Source: Candidatus Bathyarchaeota archaeon
GTDB taxonomy: Archaea; Thermoproteota; Bathyarchaeia; Bathyarchaeales; Bathycorpusculaceae
Assembly (NCBI GenBank): GCA_963768425.1
Contig: CAVYHV010000014.1
Coordinates: 192,001 to 256,000 of the forward strand
Length of the DNA stretch: 64,000 nucleotides
Direction: 5' to 3'
Shown: piece after piece, positions 10,746-19,176 of the stretch
Position numbering within the stretch: the stretch's first letter is position 1
Layout: every line of letters starts with the position of its first letter
The notes under the pieces: generated by a model
Seen by the model: only the letters and a program-made list of their open reading frames with translations
Told to the model about the DNA's origin: nothing
Databases searched by the model: none
Position numbers and translations under genes: made by a program

Positions 10746-11738
10746 GTGGAAGCTGTCACGGCTAATTCTTCGGCGGTAATTGAGCTCAATAAAGCGGTGA
10801 AAGATTATGGCAGCAACAGGCGGATTGGCCCGGCAAATCTCACGATCAGCAAAGGGGAAATTGTGGGGTTTCTGGGTCCCAACGGATCGGGTAAAACAAC
10901 TTGCATCAGGTTAATCTTAGGTTTAATCAGGCCGACCTCAGGCACAGTGAAAGTCAACGGATTTGACCCAATCACCAATCACGTTGAAGCATTAAGACAT
11001 GTAGCGTATTCTCCTGAGTTGCCTAACATACAGACTTTTCTAAGCCCAAGAGAACTTCTTAATCTAATTTCCCATGAACTCTATTTCCCCGATAATGCCA
11101 ACAGAAGCAGCGAGATAGACCAAGTGATTGAACTGGTCGGTTTACATGACTACGCCGACACGAAGGTAGGAAAACTTAGCAAAGGGATGATTCAAAGACT
11201 AAGCGTTGCCCAAGCGTTGGTTGGGTCGCCAGAAACTTTAATTCTGGATGAACCGATGATCGGTCTAGATCCTGCTGGAGTTGTTCATTTTAGAGATGTT
11301 TTCAGGGACTTCGCCGCCCATGGGAAAGGAACAGTCTTTATGTCCTCTCATATTATGAGCGAAGTGGAATCGCTTTGTACCTCAGTAGCGATGATCCACC
11401 ATGGAAAAATACTGTTCAAAGGGTCAGTAGATGAAGTAGTGGGAAAAGTGTTAGATTACTCTCTCGTTGAGCTGGAAACTAGCCCTTTAACGCCTGAAAC
11501 GATCCAACAGTTAAAAGAGATTTCTGGAATAACCCAAATTAACGTGGCAGAAAGCGGAAAAGGGGATGCGGTCGCTATCGAAATTACAGTGTGTGAACGT
11601 GACCATGACATTAGACCAGAAATCGCTGATATCGTAGTCAAGTCAGGCGCCAAACTCTACACTATCAAGCATGGTGAGAACATGCTGGAAAAGGCTTACA
11701 TTGAAGCGCTTAAAGAGACAAAAGGTGGCAAACCTTGA
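10746..11738 (+). CDS. ABC-2 type transporter ATP-binding protein
   Basis: GPNGSGKTT Walker A, LSKGM signature, ILDEP Walker B, SSH switch. Confidence 0.93.
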   Translation: MEAVTANSSAVIELNKAVKDYGSNRRIGPANLTISKGEIVGFLGPNGSGKTTCIRLILGLIRPTSGTVKVNGFDPITNHVEALRHVAYSPELPNIQTFLSPRELLNLISHELYFPDNANRSSEIDQVIELVGLHDYADTKVGKLSKGMIQRLSVAQALVGSPETLILDEPMIGLDPAGVVHFRDVFRDFAAHGKGTVFMSSHIMSEVESLCTSVAMIHHGKILFKGSVDEVVGKVLDYSLVELETSPLTPETIQQLKEISGITQINVAESGKGDAVAIEITVCERDHDIRPEIADIVVKSGAKLYTIKHGENMLEKAYIEALKETKGGKP

Positions 11739-12583
11739 AACGCGCTGAAGTCATTTACACTTTTGCTCGGTACGAAATCAAGCGTGCCATCGCACGAAAA
11801 AAAGTTTTGGCTCTAGTCGCTTTCACGATACTTTTGAGTGTACTACCATATTATGCGTTGTCACAAGCAGGAACTACCCTGATTCCCTCAAACGTCTACC
11901 CATATCTTTGGGTTTTTGCAATACTATTGGTTGGCCCTCTTTTCTTAAACTTCACAGCAATCCTGATAGCTGCAGGGTCAATGTCAGAAGAATACGAGCA
12001 AGGCACTGCCGAACTTCTTTTATCAAAGCCAGTAAGACGAAGCGACTACATCGCGGGTAAATTCTTCGGGGGGTATGTTCTGTTTCTTTTTATTCTTACT
12101 TTAACCCTTGTCCTATCCATTTCATCAGCATTCACTTTTTTTGGCGTCCAAGACAACCTTTACCTAATTCCTGGATTATTCATAGCTCAAGCTTTTAGTT
12201 CACTGTTATTCTTTTCTTTAGCGTTCATGCTTGGAGAACTAATCAGGCGCTCTTCTCTTGCTTACATTTTCTCGTCAGCGGTTTTCTTTTCAAGTTACAT
12301 CATAAGCATTTTTTTGAGTGCAATCTTTAGGGCTACGGGCAAAGTGGTCTACAAGACTGTTCAGATGTATCTTCCAACTTCGGCAGCAAGTTCGCTTCCT
12401 ATTCAATATGCTTTACCGAGGCTTCCGCCGACTGTATCAACAGCCCTTACTTTTATCAGCACTTCAACTCTCCGGCCCACAATTAGCTTCTCAATTGAAC
12501 TCCTGCTAGTCTACATAATTGTAGCAGTAACAATTGCCGCAGCCTACTTTTTGCATGCCGACATTTCAAGAAAACTAAGTTAA
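11735..12583 (+). CDS. ABC-2 type transporter permease
   Basis: SEEYEQGTAELLLSKPVRR..GKF motif, ~6 TM segments, overlaps the ATPase stop. Confidence 0.9.
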   Translation: MKRAEVIYTFARYEIKRAIARKKVLALVAFTILLSVLPYYALSQAGTTLIPSNVYPYLWVFAILLVGPLFLNFTAILIAAGSMSEEYEQGTAELLLSKPVRRSDYIAGKFFGGYVLFLFILTLTLVLSISSAFTFFGVQDNLYLIPGLFIAQAFSSLLFFSLAFMLGELIRRSSLAYIFSSAVFFSSYIISIFLSAIFRATGKVVYKTVQMYLPTSAASSLPIQYALPRLPPTVSTALTFISTSTLRPTISFSIELLLVYIIVAVTIAAAYFLHADISRKLS

Positions 12584-12702
12584 TCATGCTTGGACGGGCG
12601 CATTATTGTACGTTAACAGTAGCAGGCTAGATTTCCCATGTGTTACTTTTGACTCTTACCTGATGGTATAACATAAAAGCGTGTTTAGGCAACATACCCA
12701 AG

Positions 12703-14100
12703 ATGACCTTAACTCTAAAATGCATTCACTGCTCCAGTGAATTTCAAGTTTATCCTTTGAGAAGTAACTGTGAAAAATGCGGAGGTACATTGGAATTTGC
12801 AGCAGAATTACCTGAAGCAAGGAACCTTCGGTTTTCTGGGCAACCTGGATTCTGGCGATACAGACAGGTGCTTCCACCTGTTAAGCATGAAGTAAGCTTA
12901 GGAGAGGGTGGGACTCCCCTGCATAAGGCTGAGAGACTGGCTAAAACAGTCGGGTTAAAAGAACTCTATTTAAAAGATGAAACACGTAATCCCACCAACA
13001 GTTATAGGGATCGGGCTGCCGCTTTCATGACGTCAAATGCGATTGACCAGGGCTTTGAGACACTTGTATGTGCCAGTAACGGGAATATGGGAGCTTCTTT
13101 AGCCGCTTACACTGCAAAAGCAAACTTGATCTGCCACGTGTTGGTCCCAAAAATCGTCGATGTAGGCAAGTTGGCGCAGATGATTGCTTACGACGCCGTC
13201 ATTGAGGAGTCAGGTAACATTGTAGATGATTCCATTCGCAAAGCCGCTGATCTAGCCAAGGAAACTGGTTGGTACCAAGCCACCGCCGAACTTAACCCGT
13301 TAGTTGTTGAAGCCCAAAAAACCATTTCATACGAAATAAACGAGCAGTCCGCGACTCCAAATTGGGTGATTGTGCCAATGGGAAGCGGCGGAACAATCTA
13401 TTCGCTTTGGAAAGGCTTCAAAGAACTCAAAGAGTTAGGGCTCGCTGACTCTCTGCCTCGAATGGTCGGGGTTCAGACGGAAGGCTGCGCTCCAATAGTC
13501 AATCAACTGAAAGATAACGCGCCATCGAAATCCTTCAGCCCTTCAACCCGTGCATTAGCTATTCTCGTAGGTGAACCGTTGCAAAGCGACTTAGCTGTGA
13601 AAGCAATTCACGAGTCAAACGGGTTGGCTTTAACTGTTTCAGACAGCGAAATTTTGGCTTCCGAGCTATTGGTAGCAAAGCTGGAAGGGGTCTTCGCTGA
13701 GCCAGCAAGTTCAGCCACCGTGGCAGCGCTGCAGAAACTGAAAGAAAAACAGATTTCAACACACGACAGCGTTGTTTGCCTCATCACTGGGAGCGGCTTA
13801 AAATCGACGGATGTTTTGCAGGCTCTGAACAAAAAGCAAAAAACAGCTGGTTTGGGGCTGGCGGTTAGTACTAAGCAGAAGATTCTCAAGATTCTCAGTG
13901 AAAAGGATTCATATGGTTATGATTTGTGGAAGCAGCTGGGGCAGATCATGACACGCGCAGCCGTGTATCAGCACCTTAATGAGTTGGCTGATAGGGGGTT
14001 GATAGTGAGCTATGAGCAAGATGGGAAGAGATTTTTCCGCATTGCTGAGCGAGGTAGGAAGGTTTTGGCTGCGTTTGATGAGATTCAGTTGCTTATGTGA
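12703..14100 (+). CDS. Threonine-synthase-like (fold-type II PLP) domain fused to a C-terminal winged-helix (PadR/ArsR-like) domain; PLP lysine replaced by Arg
   Basis: Zn ribbon CIHC/CEKC, SLGEGGTPL, NPTNSYRDR (canonical NPTGSFKDR), EPASSA, ITGSGLK; C-terminal KILKILSEKDSYGYDLWKQL..RAAVYQHLNELADRGLI. Confidence 0.85.
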   Translation: MTLTLKCIHCSSEFQVYPLRSNCEKCGGTLEFAAELPEARNLRFSGQPGFWRYRQVLPPVKHEVSLGEGGTPLHKAERLAKTVGLKELYLKDETRNPTNSYRDRAAAFMTSNAIDQGFETLVCASNGNMGASLAAYTAKANLICHVLVPKIVDVGKLAQMIAYDAVIEESGNIVDDSIRKAADLAKETGWYQATAELNPLVVEAQKTISYEINEQSATPNWVIVPMGSGGTIYSLWKGFKELKELGLADSLPRMVGVQTEGCAPIVNQLKDNAPSKSFSPSTRALAILVGEPLQSDLAVKAIHESNGLALTVSDSEILASELLVAKLEGVFAEPASSATVAALQKLKEKQISTHDSVVCLITGSGLKSTDVLQALNKKQKTAGLGLAVSTKQKILKILSEKDSYGYDLWKQLGQIMTRAAVYQHLNELADRGLIVSYEQDGKRFFRIAERGRKVLAAFDEIQLLM

Positions 14101-14127
14101 GTTTTGGGAAAATACTTATTAGGCATG

Positions 14128-14159
14128 ATAGCTGCAACTATAATATAGTTACAACTATA
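14128..14159. promoter_or_regulatory. Tandem palindromic operator-like sites upstream of the ECF S-component gene
   Basis: ATAGCTGCAACTAT (14128-14141) and perfect TATAGTT-AC-AACTATA (14144-14159), 17-bp spacing, just downstream of an AT-rich TATA-like element (~14111-14121). Confidence 0.6.
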
Positions 14160-14174
14160 CTAAAGGCGACAAAC

Positions 14175-14726
14175 ATGGGATTCCGAACTGAACAAGGAAG
14201 AATAACACTCACAGTTGCACAGGCGGGAATCATGGCGGCGTTGGTCGCAGTCGCAACATTTGCAGTGCAGGTTCCGATCCCAGCCACCAAAGGGTACCTA
14301 AACTTCGGCGACATCATGATCTTCGCCAGCGCCCTAATTTTCGGTCCAATTGTCGGCGGTTTCGCAGGCGGCGTTGGATCAGCATTATCTGACGTAGCAG
14401 GCGGGTATGCCTCAACGTATGCCCCATTCACGCTTATTATAAAGGGTGCAGAAGGAATAATTGCAGGATTAATAGCTAAAAGGGGAAGCAAGAAAAGAAA
14501 CGTTTTGGCGGTCGCTGTTGCAGGGGTAGAAATGGTGTCAGGATACTTCTTGGCGGAGTTCTTCGGCCTTTCGTTAGGTTGGGCAGCAGCGACTGAGGTT
14601 CCGTTCAACATCTTGCAGATAGCTGCAGGGGGTGCTATAGGCATCCCAATATCCATAGTTATTCTGAAAAGACTCCCTGAAACTTGGATAAGACAAAGCC
14701 AGACAAGAGAGGTTGGGACAGCTTAA
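14175..14726 (+). CDS. ECF transporter S component
   Basis: A.GIMAALV, PIPATKGYLNFGD, G..GG.GSALSD, TLIIKG motifs; ATG at 14175. Confidence 0.9.
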   Translation: MGFRTEQGRITLTVAQAGIMAALVAVATFAVQVPIPATKGYLNFGDIMIFASALIFGPIVGGFAGGVGSALSDVAGGYASTYAPFTLIIKGAEGIIAGLIAKRGSKKRNVLAVAVAGVEMVSGYFLAEFFGLSLGWAAATEVPFNILQIAAGGAIGIPISIVILKRLPETWIRQSQTREVGTA

Positions 14727-14752
14727 AAGCTAGATTTCACAGAGAATAAGCT

Positions 14753-15761
14753 ATGAAGCTGCCGCCTGGAAAAATTCCTATTGAAATCCTGAAAGAAACA
14801 GTTTTCAAGAACTTGGGCGCACAACGAGGCGAAGTCGTTTTGGGTCCCGCTGCAGGATTAGACGGCGCAGTTTTGGATGTTGGAAACAAGAACGCCATAG
14901 TCTCGATGGATCCGATAACGGGTGCAGTTGAGCGTATAGGTTGGGAGGCAGTTAACGTTAACGCCAACGACGTCGCAACTTTCGGAGTTGAACCCTCCTT
15001 TCTGTTTTCTTGCCTGCTTTTGCCAGAGAACGCTCAAAGCGAAATCGTACAAACCCATAGCTACCCAAATGAACGCTGCCGCAAAAGAGCTTAACATCGC
15101 AATCGTCGGCGGGCACTGCGAGTCAACACCAGGGTTGTCAAACCCGATCGTAGTGGGCTGCATCATGGGATTAACTGAAAAAGGCAAATACGTCACCGCT
15201 GCAGGCGCAAAGACCGGCGACAAACTGATTTTGACAAAGAGCGCTGGCATTGAAGGCACAGCCATCTTAGCCTCTGATAGGGAAAAGCAGCTGAAAAAAG
15301 TCTTCAACCTCGCGTTCCTTGACAGCGCCAAAAATTTTTACAGCCAAATCAGCGTGGTAAAAGACGCCTTGACTGCTTACAGGTCAGGGGGAGTCCACGC
15401 GATGCACGACCCAACCGAAGGAGGAATCCTAAACGGGATCCACGAGTTGGCGGATGCGGCAGGATTGGGCGTGAGGGTTTTTGAAGAGAAAATTGCTGTT
15501 GAGCCTGAAACCGCTAAAATCTGCCGTTTCTACGAAATTGACCCGCTACAGCTTATCAGTTCAGGCGCATTGCTCATTGCAGCTGAGCCGGAAGCAGCAC
15601 CTAAAATAATTGAAAGCCTCAGCGAGGAACGAATCTACGCCGACGTCATAGGAGAATTTAACCCGAACCCGAACAACCGCATACTAATGCATAAGGACAA
15701 TTCGGCGGAGATGCTGCCCCGACCCGTCTCAGACCACCTGTGGGTCGCACTTTCTCACTGA
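14753..15761 (+). CDS. AIR synthase (PurM/HypE/ThiL superfamily)-like protein, one frameshift ~15055
   Basis: GKIP, DPITG, NANDVAT, GGHCE and AMHDPTEGG motifs across two ORFs. Confidence 0.88.
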
Positions 15762-15775
15762 CACAATTTGAAATG

Positions 15776-16642
15776 TCAGGATTCAATCTTTGTTTTTAAT
15801 GGTTTTTCTTCCGAAAAAGGAGCCATCTTTCCGGAGTTAGGTTGGAAGACTACAGTGAGGCCAATTGTGCTTTGATAGATTTTGGGTTTCGGTTTTGAGT
15901 TATTTCTAAACCAGTTCAGGGGAACTTGGAAGATCCAGTTGAGCAGAAAGGCTGGGTAGAAGAGCATGTATCCGTACAGGTGCGAGTAGACTAAGCCGCA
16001 TTTGAATTCGACTATGGCTTGTGAGAACCCAGTTTTCACATTCCAGCTGGTCGGCGGCTTGTAGTGGAGGCAGTAGGCTTCAGATGCGACACAAACTTTG
16101 TATCCTTGATCTTTGATGTGCCTGATGACATGAGCGTCTTCGTAGGTATGCAGGTGCTCAGGGATCTTTATGCCCGCCACTGCCTTGGTTAGAATTAGTG
16201 TGTCATGGGTTCCACCACGCAACTTGAAGCATTCCCGGGCAAGTATGCCCTGCAAAAGAAGAACCCGTTTGTCTGTTACGTTTGGGATAACGTCGACGTT
16301 TAAACCCCAAACCGCTGCAACCCCATTTTTCAAATCTGTTTGCGCTTTTTTATACCAGTCCTTGCAAAGGACGACGTCGCTGTCGACAAACAAAAACCGT
16401 TCCGTGGTAACGTGCCGTATGCCTTCGGTTCGCGCTTTAGCCCTTGAACCGTCAACTTGAAAAAGTGCAACGTTTCCGTGCGCCTTGTTGAAGCCGTCGA
16501 GAATTTTCAGGGTTCCGTCTGTTGAGAAGCCGTCAATTACAATTAGATTTTTGACGGGCACGTTTTTATAAATTGACGTTAAACAATTGCTGAGTTTGTG
16601 CGCACTGTTCTTAGTCAGCAATACAACGTCAACTTGATCCAT
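15776..16642 (-). CDS. Glycosyltransferase family 2
   Basis: VVLLTKNS, DGFSTDGT, FVDSD (DxD), YEDA. Confidence 0.9.
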   Translation of the reverse strand: MDQVDVVLLTKNSAHKLSNCLTSIYKNVPVKNLIVIDGFSTDGTLKILDGFNKAHGNVALFQVDGSRAKARTEGIRHVTTERFLFVDSDVVLCKDWYKKAQTDLKNGVAAVWGLNVDVIPNVTDKRVLLLQGILARECFKLRGGTHDTLILTKAVAGIKIPEHLHTYEDAHVIRHIKDQGYKVCVASEAYCLHYKPPTSWNVKTGFSQAIVEFKCGLVYSHLYGYMLFYPAFLLNWIFQVPLNWFRNNSKPKPKIYQSTIGLTVVFQPNSGKMAPFSEEKPLKTKIES

Positions 16643-16703
16643 CGATGTGCCTCAACGTTTGGTTTGTATGCATTAACGCTTGTAGCGCTTAAAAAGATAA
16701 AGT

Positions 16704-17438
16704 TTAACGCTTCCCCTCTCGCCTAGCAACCTCATAAAGCGCGTAGCCTGAGTAAAACGCGTAGGCAGCTAGCAACCTGCCAATCAACCATACATCCCCA
16801 AGCGTAAGAGCCTCAGCAAACAAACCTATGCTTCCTCTAAGTGTCCAAACGTTCGGCGGACGGTAATGAACGCAGAATGGGATGTAGCATGGAATTACGC
16901 GGTAGCCTTTTTGTTCAATCCAATCTTTTATGTATGCGTCTTCATAAACATGGAGTTTTTTTGGAATTTGGATATCTTTAACGAGTTCTGTTTTAATGAG
17001 GGTGTCGTGGGTTCCGCCGCGGACCTCAAAAATTTTCCGTGTAATCCGCAAAAAAAACGCCATAGTCACTGGGCTTTCAACGGTTGACCAAATCTCTGTT
17101 CCCCAAACCGCACCAACATCCTCCTTGATGTACTGTTGGGCTTTTTTGTACCAATCATTACAGAGGATGACATCACTGTCCACAAACAGAAACCATTCTG
17201 TGTTTACGTCAGCTATGCCTTTTTGGCGTGCAGTGGCACGGTTGCCTTTGTCCATTATGATTTTTACGTTGTGGTATTTTTCGTCAAACCAATTAAGAAC
17301 ATCCAAGGTTTTGTCCGTTGAGTATCCGTCGACTGCTATGAGTCGGGCAACTGGCACGTTGTTATACACGGATTCTAGGCATTCTTTGAGTTTTCTGTCG
17401 CTGTTCTTAGTCAACAGCACAACGTCAACCGAGTCCAC
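16704..17438 (-). CDS. Glycosyltransferase family 2 (paralog of neighbour)
   Basis: Same motifs; probable GTG start at 17438 after AAGGAG. Confidence 0.9.
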   Translation of the reverse strand: MDSVDVVLLTKNSDRKLKECLESVYNNVPVARLIAVDGYSTDKTLDVLNWFDEKYHNVKIIMDKGNRATARQKGIADVNTEWFLFVDSDVILCNDWYKKAQQYIKEDVGAVWGTEIWSTVESPVTMAFFLRITRKIFEVRGGTHDTLIKTELVKDIQIPKKLHVYEDAYIKDWIEQKGYRVIPCYIPFCVHYRPPNVWTLRGSIGLFAEALTLGDVWLIGRLLAAYAFYSGYALYEVARREGKR

Positions 17439-17687
17439 GCAACCATCTCCTTTCTTGACCGCTAAGTTAACGGTCAACTCATAGAGGCTATGCAAAACAA
17501 CTTAAAAAACAACTTGCTTGACAAAACAATAAGGGTTGAATGTTTGCGCAAAAAATAGCCAGAAAACTTCGCATTTAACGCACAAGTTAGCGCTATACAA
17601 CCGATTCTGGGCTGTACAATCCGTTTATATTTTCGCATGAACTACAGGAAAATGAGTTCAGAGTCTTTTGTGTCTGAGGCGGGTTGA

Positions 17688-18461
17688 TTGATGATTGTTG
17701 GAGCCGTCGTTCTTGCAGCGGGCAAATCTGAAAGGATGGGTCAAAACAAGCTTCTTTTAAGTTTGAACGGGAGAACACTAATTGATAACATTTTGGATGC
17801 GCTGGAGGAGACGGGCATCGATGAGCAGGTGGTTGTTTTGGGGTATAAACCCGCAGAGCTTTTAGAAGCTCTTGGACCGAGAATTGAGAAAGTCAAAGTA
17901 GCCATAAACAGGGGTTTCGAGCTCGGGATGACTTCCTCATTCCAAGTGGGCCTGCAACTTATGAGGCACGTGGATGCGGCGTTTCTAGTTCTTGGCGACG
18001 AACCCATTTTTGACCCGAAAATTCTGCGCTCATTGATTGAGCTAATGGAACAAATGAGAGGCAAAGCGCTGATTGCGACTCCGATTTATAACGGGAAGAA
18101 GGGGCATCCGCTCCTTTTTCATAGCCAACTCTTCGCGGAAATATTAGATTTGAAGAGTTCCCAAACCATCCGTGATGTTGTTCATAGCCACGCCGACAAA
18201 GTGGTCAAAATTGATGCACCACAGTGGACAACCATGGATATTGATACGCCTGAAGACTACGACCGTGTCTGCAACCTCATAAAACCGGCCAAAATCCCTG
18301 AAGTGTGTTTTTGTTGGCTAAGCTTGCCTTTGCCGTTTGAACTGGATGATTTGTGCCAATATGCTTACTCCGATTTCTTCGGGCGTTTCTGCGCCTATTT
18401 CCAGACCAGCAGGAGTATGCAGCATTTTCAGCTGTGTATCGGTGAAGCCTGCAGCCTTTAG
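17688..18461 (+). CDS. mocA: Molybdenum cofactor cytidylyltransferase MocA-like NTP transferase (true stop probably ~18301)
   Basis: LAAGKSERMG.NKLLL, GMTSS, LGDEP, GHP, DIDTPEDY; one added A in the run at ~18281 would give ...IKTGQNP* and remove the overlap with xdhC. Confidence 0.82.
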   Translation: MMIVGAVVLAAGKSERMGQNKLLLSLNGRTLIDNILDALEETGIDEQVVVLGYKPAELLEALGPRIEKVKVAINRGFELGMTSSFQVGLQLMRHVDAAFLVLGDEPIFDPKILRSLIELMEQMRGKALIATPIYNGKKGHPLLFHSQLFAEILDLKSSQTIRDVVHSHADKVVKIDAPQWTTMDIDTPEDYDRVCNLIKPAKIPEVCFCWLSLPLPFELDDLCQYAYSDFFGRFCAYFQTSRSMQHFQLCIGEACSL

Positions 18462-19115
18462 TCTCTGGGTTATTATTTCGGCTTTTTTGGAGCTGCCGAG
18501 TAACCCAATGTATTCAGGTTTCTTTTCAAGCAGTTTCTTGACTGCTGTATAGTCATGTTCAGGTTCCCCGTGGGCTACAACTGCAAAGTCACTTGACCCC
18601 AAGTCGAAACCATCCAAAACTTGAGCGTATTCACCGGCAATCACCTGTTCCGCCATCGGGAAAGCCCCTTTGCTGACCAATCTGCGTTCATCATCAACAA
18701 TAACTATTTTGAACCCTGCAAGGCTAGCTAACTTAGCCAGTGGCAAAGCCACATGACCTGCTCCAACAATTATCAAGCGCGGAGAAGGTTCCATAACGTC
18801 AGCAAGCAAGCTCAATTCGCCGCCACAAATCATTCCTGTGCCAACGGCGCCATCCTTGGGTTCTTTCGACAGATTAAAAGTAACCCTCTCGGATTTACCC
18901 TCTTTTAACGCTTTGAGGCACTCGTCAACCAAGGAACGCTCAAGGTTTCCACCGCCGATGGTTCCGAAAGTTTTCCCGTTTTCCATCACAATCATCTTTG
19001 CACCTACATCCCGAGGTCCATGTCCCTTCTTCTCCACAACCGTGCAGAAAACAAGCCTTTTCCTGCTTTCAAGAAGACACACCGCTTCATTCAAAAGCTC
19101 AAGGTCAGAAGGCAT
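18318..19115 (-). CDS. xdhC: XdhC/CoxI family molybdoenzyme maturation factor
   Basis: PRDVGAKM, GTIGGG, GMICGG, GAGHVA, YIGLLGS, GAETPEEI. Confidence 0.93.
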   Translation of the reverse strand: MPSDLELLNEAVCLLESRKRLVFCTVVEKKGHGPRDVGAKMIVMENGKTFGTIGGGNLERSLVDECLKALKEGKSERVTFNLSKEPKDGAVGTGMICGGELSLLADVMEPSPRLIIVGAGHVALPLAKLASLAGFKIVIVDDERRLVSKGAFPMAEQVIAGEYAQVLDGFDLGSSDFAVVAHGEPEHDYTAVKKLLEKKPEYIGLLGSSKKAEIITQRLKAAGFTDTQLKMLHTPAGLEIGAETPEEIGVSILAQIIQFKRQRQA

Positions 19116-19176
19116 AAAAACCAACACTAGAACAATTCGCAGCTACCGATTTTAGGTTACCGCTGGGTATCTACGG

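Noticed and set aside
12703-14100. Ordinary thrC
   Set aside because: PLP lysine is Arg and a wHTH is fused, so the gene symbol is withheld
14753-15761. Second hypE
   Set aside because: No C-terminal PRIC; true hypE is at 44834-45901
18301-18461. Real 144-bp antisense overlap of mocA and xdhC
   Set aside because: One missing A in a homopolymer explains the read-through
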